Source of the DNA: Escherichia coli
GTDB lineage: Bacteria; Pseudomonadota; Gammaproteobacteria; Enterobacterales; Enterobacteriaceae
Reading direction: 5' to 3' (one strand)
DNA length: 64,000 nt
Assembly: GCF_022846255.1 (NCBI RefSeq)
Contig: NZ_AP025682.1
Part shown: positions 44,853 through 58,236 of the stretch, piece after piece
Layout: every line of letters starts with the position of its first letter
Numbering within the stretch: position 1 is the stretch's first letter
Translations under genes and position numbers: made by a program
The notes under the pieces: model-generated
Database searches by the model: none
What the model was told of the DNA's origin: nothing
What the model saw: the letters and a program-made list of their open reading frames with translations, nothing else

Positions 44853-46226
44853 TTAATGGTTAGAGAACCAGTTCAGTTTATCGCGCAGGCCAACAACCCG
44901 ACCAATAATAATTAGCGATGGACTGTTCATTTGCTGCGCCAGTTCGCCCAGTTGTGTGAGCGTACCGTCAATCACGCGCTGCGTGACTGCCGTTCCGTTT
45001 TCGACAATTGCCACCGGCATTTCGCCAGGCATACCGTATTCAATCAGCTTTTGCTGAATAGTTGCAGCCTGATTCAGCCCCATATAAAACACCAGCGTCT
45101 GTTTTTCTGCCGCCAGGTTTTCCCAGTCCAGCTCGCCACCGGTTTTTAAGTGTCCAGTAATTAAGCGTACGCTCTGGGCATAATCGCGATGCGTGAGCGG
45201 AATACCCGAATAGGCAGAGCAACCAGAAGCTGCGGTAATACCCGGAACCACCGAGAATGGAATACCCGCGTTGCACAGTGTTTCCAGCTCTTCTCCGCCA
45301 CGCCCGAAAATAAACGGATCGCCGCCTTTCAGACGCACCACGCGTTTACCTTTTTGCGCTTCCCGCAGCAGGATCTGGTTAATCTCTTCCTGCGGTACGC
45401 AGTGGTATCCCGCGCGTTTGCCGACGAAAACGCGATCAGCATCGCGGCGTACCAGATTCATAATATCGTCAGAAACCAGACGGTCGTAGACCACCACATC
45501 AGCCTGCTGAATTTGTTGCAGACCTTTCAGTGTCAGCAGTCCGGCATCGCCCGGACCTGCACCAACCAGCACCACTTCACCGCGATGGTCGAGCGGTTCG
45601 TTGATTAACTGTTCGGTGGTTTCAGTAATGGCTTTCTGATCGTTGTTGGCCAGCGACTGCGCCAGGCGGTCGTTAACGAATAATTTCTCCCAGAAACGGC
45701 GACGCTCACCCATCGTGGCGAACTGTTGTTTCACTCGCCCGCGTAATTGCCCGGCGTATTTCGCTACCTGGCCCAGATGTAACGGCAGCAGTGATTCAAG
45801 TTTTTCGCGCAACAGGCGCGCCAGAACCGGAGAGGTGCCGCCAGAGGAGACCGCTACCATGAGCGGCGAGCGGTCAATAATCGACGGCATAATAAAGCTG
45901 GCGGCTTTCGGCGCATCGACCACGTTACAGAAGATGCGACGAGCTTCAGCGGCTTCGCTGACGCGCTGGTTAAGCACGTCATCATCTGTCGCTGCAATCG
46001 CCAGCCAGCAGGTGTCGAGAAGGCTTTCATCAAATGGCCCTTCGACGAGGGTTAACATGCCTGCATCTGCCCATGCGGTGAACTGTGGAATAAACGCTAA
46101 TGCATTCACCGTTAAGCGAGCGCCTGCGTCTAACAGCAACCTTGCTTTGCGTTCCGCGACATCACCACCGCCGACAATCAGACAGTCGCGATCGCGTAAT
46201 TGGCAAAATATAGGCAAATGATCCAC
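44853..46226 (-). CDS. cysG: siroheme synthase (multifunctional)
   Basis: 457-aa ORF recognised as CysG. Confidence 0.95.
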   Translation of the reverse strand: MDHLPIFCQLRDRDCLIVGGGDVAERKARLLLDAGARLTVNALAFIPQFTAWADAGMLTLVEGPFDESLLDTCWLAIAATDDDVLNQRVSEAAEARRIFCNVVDAPKAASFIMPSIIDRSPLMVAVSSGGTSPVLARLLREKLESLLPLHLGQVAKYAGQLRGRVKQQFATMGERRRFWEKLFVNDRLAQSLANNDQKAITETTEQLINEPLDHRGEVVLVGAGPGDAGLLTLKGLQQIQQADVVVYDRLVSDDIMNLVRRDADRVFVGKRAGYHCVPQEEINQILLREAQKGKRVVRLKGGDPFIFGRGGEELETLCNAGIPFSVVPGITAASGCSAYSGIPLTHRDYAQSVRLITGHLKTGGELDWENLAAEKQTLVFYMGLNQAATIQQKLIEYGMPGEMPVAIVENGTAVTQRVIDGTLTQLGELAQQMNSPSLIIIGRVVGLRDKLNWFSNH

Positions 46227-46244
46227 GTAAAAACCCCTTAGTAA

Positions 46245-47051
46245 TTAACCGGCAGCCGTTTCAGTTTGATTAAATTTGTCCGCAACCGGACGATTCGCTT
46301 TCGGCGTAGCATACCAATAACCCAATCCCATGAATACGGCACCCGATAAAGTATTACCCAGCGTCACCCACAGCAGGTTATGACCAATACCCGCCAGCGT
46401 GTAGGCTTCGCTGTGGTTGCCGAACCAGGAGAGGGCGAACAGCGTCATGTTAGCGATGGAGTGCTCGTAGCCGGACGCGATAAATGCCAGCAAACACCAC
46501 CAGATAGCGATAAATTTCGCCGCCCCTTCAGTGCGCAGCGCCATCCAGATTGCCAGGCAAACCAGCCAGTTACACAATGCACCTTTGAAGAACAGTACCA
46601 TTGCCGGTGCAGTGGTTTTAGCCAGCGCAACGGAGTGAACGATGCTGGTATCTACCGGCAGCAGGCTACCGCCGCCCCAGCTATAAAGCATGGCAACGAA
46701 GACGGAACCGACCAGGTTACCCAGCCAGGTTTGCGGCAGGATTGCCCACATTTGCCCGTGGCTGATAGTGCCCGCTTTCACCCCAAAGGTGAGGAACATG
46801 GTGTGTCCGGTGAACAATTCAGAACCGGCGATAATCACCAGCGTTAAGGCGATACCAAAGGTCGCGCCCATCACCAGAGGACGTACGGACGGGTCGAGCA
46901 AATTACCGAGCGTGAAAATCAGGATGATCCCAAGACCCACATACGCGCCCGCCATGGCGGAGCTGACCCAAAAGCCGAGCGGGTTATTTGCCGACAGGCG
47001 TGCAATGCGCGCAGCGTTAGCCGCACACTTAGTAATAGTGTCTGTAAACAT
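46245..47051 (-). CDS. nirC: nitrite transporter NirC (FNT family)
   Basis: 268 aa from ATG (MFTDTITKCAANAARIA) at 47051; ORF-track start is a 36-codon extension. Confidence 0.92.
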   Translation of the reverse strand: MFTDTITKCAANAARIARLSANNPLGFWVSSAMAGAYVGLGIILIFTLGNLLDPSVRPLVMGATFGIALTLVIIAGSELFTGHTMFLTFGVKAGTISHGQMWAILPQTWLGNLVGSVFVAMLYSWGGGSLLPVDTSIVHSVALAKTTAPAMVLFFKGALCNWLVCLAIWMALRTEGAAKFIAIWWCLLAFIASGYEHSIANMTLFALSWFGNHSEAYTLAGIGHNLLWVTLGNTLSGAVFMGLGYWYATPKANRPVADKFNQTETAAG

Positions 47052-47178
47052 TTGATTATCCTTTAAAAAAAATAAAAACAAAAAATAAAACAAAAAGTTT
47101 AAAAAATGTCCTGCAATATACCGAAGGTTATTACAGGACCATGCAAAAAGGGGAGGCATTGCGCCTCCCGTTAAAATA

Positions 47179-47505
47179 TTAACCGCGCAGCTGTACCACG
47201 CCGTCTTTCACTCGCGCGTCGTAATGCTTGACGGAAAACTGTTCGTCTTCCATGCACAAGCCGTCGCTTAAGCGAAAACGCTGTTTTTTCAGCGGGCTGG
47301 CGACCCACAGCTCGCCCTGGTGTTCCGCAATCAGCCCGCGTGACAGCACGCTGGACTCGAAGAACGGATCGATGTTGCTGATCGCAAACACCTGGTCGCT
47401 GTGATACGGGCGGAAAATTGCTACCTGCTCGTCACCTAACAGCGCGCAGACGCCGGTTTCAGGCAGGATGTCATCGATTTTGCAGATGTCTTTCCACTGG
47501 CTCAT
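47179..47505 (-). CDS. nirD: nitrite reductase (NADH) small subunit
   Basis: 108-aa ORF; start overlaps nirB stop (ATGA). Confidence 0.94.
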   Translation of the reverse strand: MSQWKDICKIDDILPETGVCALLGDEQVAIFRPYHSDQVFAISNIDPFFESSVLSRGLIAEHQGELWVASPLKKQRFRLSDGLCMEDEQFSVKHYDARVKDGVVQLRG

Positions 47506-50045
47506 GCGTTGTCCTCCACCAGAGTTACCGGGATACGTTCATACGGCGTTGCCGGACGGTGCTGTTCGCGCTCTGGTACCATCTGCACGTTCGGGTCACG
47601 CTTGTCGCTGTTGATGAAGTGTTTGAAGCGAGTCTGCGCAGACGGCGTATTGACCGTTTCAGTCCACTCACACACTACCGCTTCACGCAGGCGCGCCATC
47701 TCTTCTTCCAGATGAGCGTTCAGCCCCAGTTTGTCGTCAATGATCACCGCTTTCAGGTAATCGATGCCGCCTTCGAGGTTTTCTAACCACGGCGCGGTAC
47801 GCGTCAGTTTGTCGGCGGTACGGATGTAGAACATCATGAAGCGGTCGAGATATTTGATCAGCGTTTCGCGATCGATATCCGCTGCCAGCAGATCCGCATG
47901 ACGCGGTTTCATGCCGCCGTTACCGCAAACGTACAGGTTCCAGCCTTTTTCGGTGGCGATAATACCCACGTCTTTACCCTGAGCTTCTGAACATTCACGG
48001 GTACAGCCGGAGACACCGAACTTCATTTTGTGCGGCGTACGGATACCTTTGTAGCGGTTTTCCAGTTCCACGCCGAGGCCGACGCTGTCGCCAACGCCGT
48101 AGCGGCACCAGGTGCTACCCACGCAGGTTTTCGCCATACGCAGTGCTTTCGCATAGGCATGACCGGTTTCGAAACCGGCTTCAATCAGCTGACGCCAGAT
48201 TTCCGGCAGATCGTCTTTCTGTGCGCCAAACATCGCCAGGCGCTGGGAGCCGGTGATTTTGGTGTAGAGATTAAATTCACGCGCGATACGACCCACTGCC
48301 ATCAGCCCTTCCGGGGTGATTTCACCGCCCGGAGAACGCGGGATCACCGAGTAGGTGCCATCTTTCTGGATGTTAGCGAGGAAGTTGTCGTTAGAATCCT
48401 GCAGCGGAGTATGTTCCGGCTTCAGAATGTATTCGTTCCAGCAGGAGGCCAGCAGCGAACCGACGGTCGGTTTACAAACTTCACAACCGTAGCCTTTGCC
48501 GTGTTTCGCCAGCAGCTCTTCGAAGGTTTTAATGCCTTCAACGCGGATCAAATGGAACAGTTCCTGACGCGAATAAGCAAAGTGTTCGCACAGGTTGTTG
48601 TTAACTTCGATGCCCTGTTTCGCCAGTTCCGCGTTCAGTACCTGAGTGACCAGCGGGATACAGCCACCGCAGCCAGTACCCGCTTTGGTTTCAGCTTTCA
48701 GCGCCGCAACGGTGTGGCAGCCTTTGTTGATGGCAGCAATCAGATCACCTTTGGTGACGTCGAAGCAGGAGCAGATTTGCGCGCTGTCCGGCAGTTTATC
48801 AACACCGATAGACGGCTTACCGCTACCCGAGTGCGCCGGCAGAATCAGAGAATCCGGGTTTTCCGGCAGCTCGATAGCATTCAGCACCAGTTGCAGCAGG
48901 TTGCCGTAGTCGCTGGTATCGCCCACCAGTACCGCACCGAGCAGGGTTTTGTTGTCTTCGCTGACAATAAGGCGTTTGTAGATCTCTTTGCTTTCGTCGA
49001 GGTAAACGTAGCTACGTGCGCCAGGCGTGCGACCGTGCGCATCACCAATACCACCTACGTCTACGCCCAGCAGTTTCAACTTGGCGCTAAGGTCAGCACC
49101 TTCAAAGGCGTTTTCGCTACCAAGAATATGGTCAACGGCGACCTGCGCCATTTTGTAGCCAGGTGCTACCAGACCAAATACACGGTTGTTCCAGCTTGCG
49201 CATTCACCGATGGCGTAGATATCCGGATCGGAAGTCTGGCAGGAATCATTGATGACAATACCCCCACGCGGAGCAACGTCCAGACCACACTGGGTTGCCA
49301 GCTTATCGCGCGGACGGATACCGGTTGAGAAGACGATAAAGTCGACTTCCAGCTCGCTGCCGTCGGCAAAACGCATGGTTTTACGCGCTTCGACACCTTC
49401 CTGCACAATCTCAAGGGTGTTTTTGCTGGTGTGAACGCGCACGCCCATACTTTCGATTTTGCGACGCAGCTGCTCGCCACCCATCTGATCAAGCTGTTCC
49501 GCCATCAGCATAGGGGCAAATTCGATAACGTGGGTTTCAATACCTAAGTTTTTCAGCGCGCCAGCGGCTTCCAGACCTAACAGGCCGCCACCAACAACGG
49601 CACCGCGTTTGCTGCGACGGGCACAGGATTCAATGGCGTTGAGGTCTTCAATGGTGCGATAGACAAAGCAGTCCTGAGTATCAGAACCTTTGATTGGCGG
49701 GATCCACGGGTAGGAACCGGTTGCCATGATCAGCTTGTCATAAAAAACGGTACGTCCGGCGCTGGAGTGAATCACCTTCTCCTGACGGTTGATGGTGATA
49801 GCGCGTTCGCCGACCAGAACTTTGATGCCGTGTTTCTCGTAGAAGCCTTCGCGCACCAGCGACAGCTCTTCGGCGGTGTGGTGAGAGAAGTAAGACGAGA
49901 GGTGTACGCGGTCATAAGCGATGCGCGGTTCTTCACAGAAAACGGTAATATCAAAGTTGGCCGCATCAGATTTATCAAGAAGATCTTCGATAAAGCGATG
50001 GCCGACCATACCGTTACCGATAATTGCGAGTCTGACTTTGCTCAT
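47502..50045 (-). CDS. nirB: nitrite reductase (NADH) large subunit
   Basis: 847-aa ORF with N-terminal FAD/NAD Rossmann motif and siroheme/Fe-S Cys clusters. Confidence 0.96.
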   Translation of the reverse strand: MSKVRLAIIGNGMVGHRFIEDLLDKSDAANFDITVFCEEPRIAYDRVHLSSYFSHHTAEELSLVREGFYEKHGIKVLVGERAITINRQEKVIHSSAGRTVFYDKLIMATGSYPWIPPIKGSDTQDCFVYRTIEDLNAIESCARRSKRGAVVGGGLLGLEAAGALKNLGIETHVIEFAPMLMAEQLDQMGGEQLRRKIESMGVRVHTSKNTLEIVQEGVEARKTMRFADGSELEVDFIVFSTGIRPRDKLATQCGLDVAPRGGIVINDSCQTSDPDIYAIGECASWNNRVFGLVAPGYKMAQVAVDHILGSENAFEGADLSAKLKLLGVDVGGIGDAHGRTPGARSYVYLDESKEIYKRLIVSEDNKTLLGAVLVGDTSDYGNLLQLVLNAIELPENPDSLILPAHSGSGKPSIGVDKLPDSAQICSCFDVTKGDLIAAINKGCHTVAALKAETKAGTGCGGCIPLVTQVLNAELAKQGIEVNNNLCEHFAYSRQELFHLIRVEGIKTFEELLAKHGKGYGCEVCKPTVGSLLASCWNEYILKPEHTPLQDSNDNFLANIQKDGTYSVIPRSPGGEITPEGLMAVGRIAREFNLYTKITGSQRLAMFGAQKDDLPEIWRQLIEAGFETGHAYAKALRMAKTCVGSTWCRYGVGDSVGLGVELENRYKGIRTPHKMKFGVSGCTRECSEAQGKDVGIIATEKGWNLYVCGNGGMKPRHADLLAADIDRETLIKYLDRFMMFYIRTADKLTRTAPWLENLEGGIDYLKAVIIDDKLGLNAHLEEEMARLREAVVCEWTETVNTPSAQTRFKHFINSDKRDPNVQMVPEREQHRPATPYERIPVTLVEDNA

Positions 50046-50103
50046 TTTTGCCTCGATTTCTTTTCTATTACCGCCTACCTTAACGATTCAGCAACCCCGC
50101 TTA

Positions 50104-50117
50104 TTGATGTAAATCAA
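50104..50117 (-). promoter_or_regulatory. FNR binding site of the nirB promoter
   Basis: Perfect TTGAT-gtaa-ATCAA palindrome about 60 bp upstream of nirB ATG; position consistent with the known FNR-dependent nir promoter. Confidence 0.8.
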
Positions 50118-50130
50118 ATTCACCTTTATA

Positions 50131-50146
50131 TACTCCTTAAGGGGTA
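50131..50146 (-). promoter_or_regulatory. NarL/NarP 7-2-7 heptamer pair of the nirB promoter
   Basis: TACCCCT-TA-AGGAGTA on minus strand (tactccttaaggggta on +), inverted TACYYMT-type heptamers upstream of the FNR site. Confidence 0.65.
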
Positions 50147-50306
50147 TATTGCTGATTTGTATAAATTTTCTTAAGTCACGGAATTGTCTGACATTTCATG
50201 TTTGTACAAAAAACAGACAAATTGAGCGGGTTTATAGAAATAGATGTACGTAGCGCGGTAAGAGAGGAAAAGGCCGGACGACGATAGTGCCGCCCGGCAT
50301 GAGTAA

Positions 50307-51488
50307 TTAATGAGAGGTCAGGGTGTTATGCTGACGGTGACGGCTGACGAAACCTAACAGGAAGCACATCACAAAGACGACAGCGTACAGACCGTTTGCC
50401 GTCAGCAGCGCCGCCTGCGGACCGCTATGTTCAACAATCGGGCCGGTAACCACAAAGGTCAACATAGTACCGATGGTCCCGCAGGTCAGGACAAAGTTAA
50501 CCAGTTTTGGCGACGGTACTTTGGTCTGCTGTGAACCCAAAGTGATGATGGTGGTATAGATCGCGCTGGAGAAGAAGCCCAGGGCGAGAATTGACCACGC
50601 CATATGTGCCGGTGTTCCGGTGTTAAAGACGTACATCAGAATCGCAGCCAGACCAGCCAGTACGGTCAGAATGCGTTGCAAATCAAAGAAGCGAAGAATA
50701 AAGCTGAACGCCCACATGCCGACCATGTATGACATCCAGAAGTTACTCACCAGCGTGCCAGCGTCGTTCAGGCTCATGCCCAGGCCTTTGGCATACTCCG
50801 GCACCCAGGAGATAAAACCTAACTGACCGAGGATGTAGCACAGTGCCGCAATGGAGAGAAACAGCACGCCGATCCCCCATTTTTCTTTCGCTACCGGAGC
50901 GTCCGTTTTTGGCGCATGTTTACCCAGCGCCGGGAACTCACAGCCGAAGGTCAGAATAAAGATAGCGACGTACACCAGCCCGATGCAGGCATAAACCCAG
51001 TACCACTCAATGCTGCGCGCCAGCAGAAACGCGGCGATCATTGGGAAAATCATCCCGGCCATACTGAAGAAGGAGTCGGTAAATAACAGGCGTGAACCGC
51101 GCTGACGTCCTTCATACATTTGTGTTACCAGGAATGTACCAATCGACATGGTGATGCCGCTGACCACCCCGAGAATGAACATCGCCGCCGAGAACAGTGC
51201 CAGGCTGTGGCTGAACATCAAACCGGCAACCGCCAGCACCATCAGGAGAAAGCCAAAACGTAACTGCGTTTTCAACGGGACGATTTCCATCAGCCAGGCG
51301 TTGAGGAAGATAGAGATTAAAATGCCGGCGTTGAGGAAGGTGAAGGTATTACTCATACTGGAAACAGGCAGATTGAAATAATCGGCGATATTTCCCATCA
51401 CCATCCCGGTGACAATAACCAACGCACCGGTCAGTGCGTAGGAGAGAAAGCTAATCCATGTGAGCTTGATGCGATTGCTGTTAGTCAT
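50307..51488 (-). CDS. tsgA: MFS-type membrane protein TsgA
   Basis: 393-aa polytopic membrane ORF. Confidence 0.9.
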
Positions 51489-51749
51489 GATTGGCCTGCG
51501 TTCAAAAATAAAATGGCATAGCGGAATATGCCGCGAGCGGGCGATTTTAGGTGATTTTGTGATCTGTTTAAATGTTTTATTGCAATCGGTTGCTAAATTG
51601 CATTTTAAGAGGTGATTTTGATCACAGAATAAAAAGTGATCGTCAGGTTACATATATTTCAGATACGTAAAATTAGGTAAAGGGATGGCCTTGTTCTTGA
51701 AGGCTATTTAGAATCTCTTCACTTGCTTTTTTTCTGCTCTGTTTGTTAA

Positions 51750-52331
<582 letters not shown>

Positions 52332-52340
52332 TGATTTCTC

Positions 52341-52368
52341 GCGCGGGCAATCTTGCCCGCGCTTCTGC
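52341..52368 (+). terminator. terminator-like hairpin downstream of ppiA
   Basis: gcgcgggcaa-tc-ttgcccgcgc perfect 10-bp stem followed by a weak T-rich run. Confidence 0.5.
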
Positions 52369-52435
52369 TCTCCCGGCGTAACCCGGATTTGCCGCTTATA
52401 CTTGTGGCAAATGGACACGTTCAGGGAGGCATCAA

Positions 52436-52603
52436 GTGAAGAAACTCACCGATAAGCAAAAGTCCCGTCTCTGGGAGCTTCAGCGTAATCGTAATTTCCA
52501 GGCCAGTCGCCGTCTTGAAGGCGTCGAGATGCCTTTAGTCACTCTTACTGCCGCAGAGGCTTTAGCGCGCCTTGAAGCGCTGAGGAGGCACTATGAGCGA
52601 TAA
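52436..52603 (+). CDS. yhfG: small Fic-associated protein YhfG (putative antitoxin/regulator of Fic)
   Basis: Manual translation from GTG at 52436: (M)[54 protein letters not shown]; 3' end overlaps fic start by 11 nt; below ORF-track cutoff. Confidence 0.75.
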   Translation: MKKLTDKQKSRLWELQRNRNFQASRRLEGVEMPLVTLTAAEALARLEALRRHYER

Positions 52604-53195
52604 ATTCGGCGAAGGGCGCGATCCGTATCTTTATCCAGGCCTTGATATCATGCGTAACCGGCTGAACATCCACCAGCAGCAGCGGCTGGAACAGGCCGCT
52701 TACGAAATGACGGCGCTGCGTGCTGCGACCATTGAGCTTGGTCCGCTGGTGCGCGGTTTACCGCATTTGCGCACTATCCATCGCCAGCTGTATCAGGATA
52801 TTTTCGACTGGGCAGGGCAACTGCGTGAAGTTGATATTTATCAGGGCGATACGCCGTTCTGCCACTTTGCTTATATCGAAAAAGAGGGCAATGCCCTGAT
52901 GCAGGATCTGGAGGAAGAAGGTTATCTGGTTGGCCTGGAGAAAGCGAAGTTCGTCGAGCGGCTGGCGCATTACTATTGTGAAATCAACGTGCTGCATCCC
53001 TTCCGGGTGGGAAGTGGTCTGGCACAGCGGATCTTCTTCGAGCAACTGGCGATTCATGCCGGATATCAACTGAGCTGGCAGGGTATCGAAAAAGAGGCCT
53101 GGAATCAGGCAAATCAGAATGGGGCAATGGGGGATCTCACCGCGCTGCAGATGATATTTAGCAAAGTGGTAAGCGAAGCCGGGGAATCTGAGTAA
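52593..53195 (+). CDS. fic: Fic-domain protein
   Basis: 200-aa ORF; Fic-like motif [12 protein letters not shown] present but deviating from canonical HxFx(D/E)GNGRxxR. Confidence 0.9.
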   Translation: MSDKFGEGRDPYLYPGLDIMRNRLNIHQQQRLEQAAYEMTALRAATIELGPLVRGLPHLRTIHRQLYQDIFDWAGQLREVDIYQGDTPFCHFAYIEKEGNALMQDLEEEGYLVGLEKAKFVERLAHYYCEINVLHPFRVGSGLAQRIFFEQLAIHAGYQLSWQGIEKEAWNQANQNGAMGDLTALQMIFSKVVSEAGESE

Positions 53196-53226
53196 AATAG
53201 CGCGGTTCTTTCGTACCGGAGCCGCC

Positions 53227-53790
53227 ATGATCCTGCTTATTGATAACTACGATTCTTTTACCTGGAACCTCTACCAGTACTTTTGTGAACTGGGGGCGAA
53301 TGTGCTGGTTAAGCGCAACGATGCGTTGACGCTGGCGGATATCGACGCCCTTAAACCACAAAAAATTGTCATCTCACCCGGCCCCTGTACGCCAGATGAA
53401 GCCGGGATCTCCCTTGACGTTATTCGCCACTATGCCGGGTGCTTGCCGATTCTTGGCGTTTGCCTCGGTCATCAGGCAATGGCGCAGGCATTTGGCGGCA
53501 AAGTTGTGCGCGCCGCAAAGGTCATGCACGGCAAAACCTCGCCGATAACACATAACGGTGAGGGCGTATTTCGGGGGCTGGCAAATCCACTTACCGTGAC
53601 ACGCTACCATTCGCTGGTGGTGGAACCTGACTCATTACCAGCGTGCTTTGAAGTGACGGCCTGGAGCGAAACCCGCGAGATTATGGGGATTCGCCATCGC
53701 CAGTGGGATCTGGAAGGTGTGCAGTTCCATCCAGAAAGTATTCTTAGCGAACAAGGACATCAACTGCTGGCTAATTTCCTGCATCGCTGA
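53227..53790 (+). CDS. pabA: aminodeoxychorismate synthase glutamine amidotransferase subunit
   Basis: 187-aa class I glutamine amidotransferase (catalytic Cys in GVCLGHQ). Confidence 0.95.
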   Translation: MILLIDNYDSFTWNLYQYFCELGANVLVKRNDALTLADIDALKPQKIVISPGPCTPDEAGISLDVIRHYAGCLPILGVCLGHQAMAQAFGGKVVRAAKVMHGKTSPITHNGEGVFRGLANPLTVTRYHSLVVEPDSLPACFEVTAWSETREIMGIRHRQWDLEGVQFHPESILSEQGHQLLANFLHR

Positions 53791-53860
53791 TTTCTGATTG
53801 CTATTAAGTGATTTTTTATGCATATTTTGTGATTATAATTTCACATTGATTTATGCGTAA

Positions 53861-55099
<1,239 letters not shown>

Positions 55100-55161
55100 G
55101 ACGCATCAGGCAAAAGATGTCGGATGCGGCGTGAACGCTGTATCCGATGGTTTAGCCTGCA

Positions 55162-57252
55162 TTACGCCTTCGAATCCCGCAACTTGCGACTCAGCCAAAT
55201 CCCGTGATGCGGTCGCTGACGCCATGCCATCGACGAAATGGTGTGCATGGTGTTCAGATGACCAATAACCCGCTGTAAATGCTGCTCCAGCGTACCTGCC
55301 GCGCCTTCGTGCGGCTGCATCTCCGGCGCATCCATGATATTGGCATCGCCAGAACTACCCGGTTCGTCATACTCCAGTCGCTGCTGACAACGCTGAATGG
55401 CGATTTCACAAGACTGTAAATATTCTTGCGCCAGTTCAGGTGGCAATGCCCGGTGTTCCCGTGCCAGCGTGGTCATGGCATTGATATGTTCAACTATAAA
55501 CTGACTGTGCGTTACCCACAGTTTCATATCTGCCAGATAATGGCTGTTGAATGCCGGTTCCTGCATCGCCTGATTCAATGAGTTATACAGAGTGTTATGC
55601 GCCTGATTCACCCGCATTCGCTGCCAGGCCAGTGGCGTTGGTTGCGGGTCCTCGCTCAGAATCAAGCGAATCGCGTCCTGATAGGCTTCTAAAGCGTCAT
55701 GGGCGTTCTTACGCAATAACCCGCTCTGCCACTGCGGCCACAGCCAGACAGTACCGCCGAAAGCAATTAAACAACCAATAATGGTATCGATAAGACGTGG
55801 AAGGATGTACTGCTCACCGTTCAGCCACAACAGTTGCAGGGTATACACTGCGGTAATGGTAAAACCGACCGTCGCCCAGCCGTAGTTTTTGCGCAATATC
55901 AGGTAGCTGGCGAGGGTGGTAATCAGCATCAAGGTCAGGGTGTAACCTTCGGGAATTTTAAAGTGCAGCGCCACGCCCGCAATGATTAACCCGACCACGG
56001 TTCCCACGGAGCGATTCACAATCCTCAGACGGGTTGCGCCATAGCCATTTTGCGTCACCAGCAATACCGTCATCAGGATCCAGTACGACTTCGGCAGATG
56101 CAGTGCGGTGCCCATCAGGCTGGCAACGCTTAACATCACACTGAGTCGTCCGGCATTGCGTAGCGCCGGAGACTTTAGTGACAGATAACTTTTCAGCGCC
56201 GGAAGTAACGGCATTCGCCGCTGTTTATCGGCCAGTAAGTCACGGGCATAGAGCGGTTTTTGGGTGCGCAGCACGCGGGCAATGCGGCTGAAATGCCAGT
56301 AGCAGAATTGCCCAACCGGATTATCCGGGTGTTGGCGGGCGATTTTTTCCAGTGCGCCAATTTGCTTTTCCATCGTAAAACGCGTTGGCAGGCGATGGTA
56401 AAGAATGTCATCAGCCAGCACGCGCAGGCGAGCGGCGACGGTTTGCGCATTCCAGCGGATAACTTCTTCCGCATGGCTACGCTCGACCAGCTTTTGCACC
56501 TCTTCCGGCTGATGCAAACTGACCGAAATATGTTCCTGCAAATCCAGCGCCTCCTGGAAAATACGCAGCATCCGCTTGTAATCGGTATTATTTTGCGCGG
56601 AAAGCATATGCATTTGCTGATAGCACTGGGTAATTAAATCGACCGCTTTTTGCTGGCGCACCAGCAGCGGCGGCAGCGCTTTTTCAGGGTCGGTGTGCTG
56701 GGTAAGCAGGCTGTATTTGGCTTCACAGTAATCTGCCAGTTCACGGTACAGCAGACTTAGTGACTCGCGTAGCGGTTGTTCGCGCCAGATCCAGAACCAA
56801 AACCAGTTAAACAATCCGTACCACAAAGTGCCCAGCGCATAGATGAGCAACGGTTCCCAGACCGGCATGTATCCCGCCAGACTGAGGGTAAAAATGGCGG
56901 CGAGCAGCGATGCGGGAAGCAATTTTGCGTGCAATGGCCCCAGCTCAGCAGTGACGCCAAGTACCAGCGTTAATCCGGTCAGCAAAAAGGGCAGAGGAAC
57001 ATCTTTTGCCAGTAGTAGCTGTGTCAGCAAGCTACAGGTGGCAAACAGCGACGCACCAATGATTAAGCGTTTGAAAAAACGTTTATGAGGCGTATCAAGG
57101 CCCGCAATATTGCAACAGGCAGGAACGAGGGAGAAGAGCAGGCCGAATCGTAATTCGCCAAGCATTAACCCAACGGCCACGGGCAAACATAGCACCAGCG
57201 TTTGTCGAAGTGCATAGTTGATATCGGGGTGATAAATCAGTCTGCGCCACAT
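55162..57252 (-). CDS. yhfK: inner membrane protein YhfK (function unknown)
   Basis: 696 aa from ATG (MWRRLIYHPD) at 57252; large polytopic membrane protein. Confidence 0.85.
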   Translation of the reverse strand: MWRRLIYHPDINYALRQTLVLCLPVAVGLMLGELRFGLLFSLVPACCNIAGLDTPHKRFFKRLIIGASLFATCSLLTQLLLAKDVPLPFLLTGLTLVLGVTAELGPLHAKLLPASLLAAIFTLSLAGYMPVWEPLLIYALGTLWYGLFNWFWFWIWREQPLRESLSLLYRELADYCEAKYSLLTQHTDPEKALPPLLVRQQKAVDLITQCYQQMHMLSAQNNTDYKRMLRIFQEALDLQEHISVSLHQPEEVQKLVERSHAEEVIRWNAQTVAARLRVLADDILYHRLPTRFTMEKQIGALEKIARQHPDNPVGQFCYWHFSRIARVLRTQKPLYARDLLADKQRRMPLLPALKSYLSLKSPALRNAGRLSVMLSVASLMGTALHLPKSYWILMTVLLVTQNGYGATRLRIVNRSVGTVVGLIIAGVALHFKIPEGYTLTLMLITTLASYLILRKNYGWATVGFTITAVYTLQLLWLNGEQYILPRLIDTIIGCLIAFGGTVWLWPQWQSGLLRKNAHDALEAYQDAIRLILSEDPQPTPLAWQRMRVNQAHNTLYNSLNQAMQEPAFNSHYLADMKLWVTHSQFIVEHINAMTTLAREHRALPPELAQEYLQSCEIAIQRCQQRLEYDEPGSSGDANIMDAPEMQPHEGAAGTLEQHLQRVIGHLNTMHTISSMAWRQRPHHGIWLSRKLRDSKA

Positions 57253-57302
57253 CGGGGGAAACAAAATGGCGCGCTACTCAGTAACGCGCCACTCTGACAG
57301 GA

Positions 57303-57935
57303 TTAACGAGTGCCGTAAACGACGATGGTTTTACCGTGTGCGGAGATCAGGTTCTGATCTTCCAGCATCTTCAGAATGCGCCCCACTGTTTCACGAGAAC
57401 AGCCGACAATCTGACCGATTTCCTGACGGGTAATTTTGATTTGCATACCGTCCGGGTGAGTCATAGCATCCGGTTGTTTTGCCAGATTCAGCAGAGTCTG
57501 TGCAATGCGGCCCGTCACGTCGAGGAACGCCAGGTTGCCCACTTTCTCTGAAGTGACTTGCAGACGACGCGCCATCTGTGCAGACAGACGCATCAGAATG
57601 TCCGGGTTTACCTGAATCAATTGGCGAAATTTTTTGTACGAAATTTCAGCCACTTCACAGGCGGTTTTCGCACGTACCCATGCGCTACGTTCCTGGCCCT
57701 CTTCAAACAGGCCCAGTTCGCCAATAAAATCACCCTGATTCAGATAGGAGAGGATCATTTCTTTACCCTCTTCGTCTTTGATCAGCACTGCCACAGAGCC
57801 TTTAACGATGTAGTACAGCGTTTCCGCTTTTTCACCCTGGTGAATAAGCGTGCTCTTGGATGGGTACTTATGAATGTGGCAATGAGACAAGAACCATTCG
57901 AGAGTCGGGTCTGTTTGCGGTTTGCCAAGCACCAT
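57303..57935 (-). CDS. crp: cAMP receptor protein
   Basis: 210-aa ORF; cNMP-binding domain plus C-terminal HTH ([20 protein letters not shown]). Confidence 0.97.
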
Positions 57936-58236
57936 GCGCGGTTATCCTCTGTTATAAGCTTTCTCCAGAGCCAGATAACGCCGCTGTCTCTGGATTGCCG
58001 AAATATGCTTCCCGCTACCTGGGAAGGGGCTATCAACTGTACTGCACGGTAATGTGACGTCCTTTGCATACATGCAGTACATCAATGTATTACTGTAGCA
58101 TCCTGACTGTTTTAGCATAGCTTTCGCTTTGTGTCTCCTGGTGTCTCGCTTCAGCATGACCCAGGTCGCCTTCCGTTGCGCGATTTGGTTAGTACGCGTA
58201 CTCTGTCAGGAAAATTGACGCAGTGGAGTAGCAAAA

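Noticed and set aside
48030-49328. 432-aa ORF antisense to nirB
   Set aside because: Fully embedded in nirB on the opposite strand; nirB is strongly recognisable, and the antisense frame has no RBS or plausible start.
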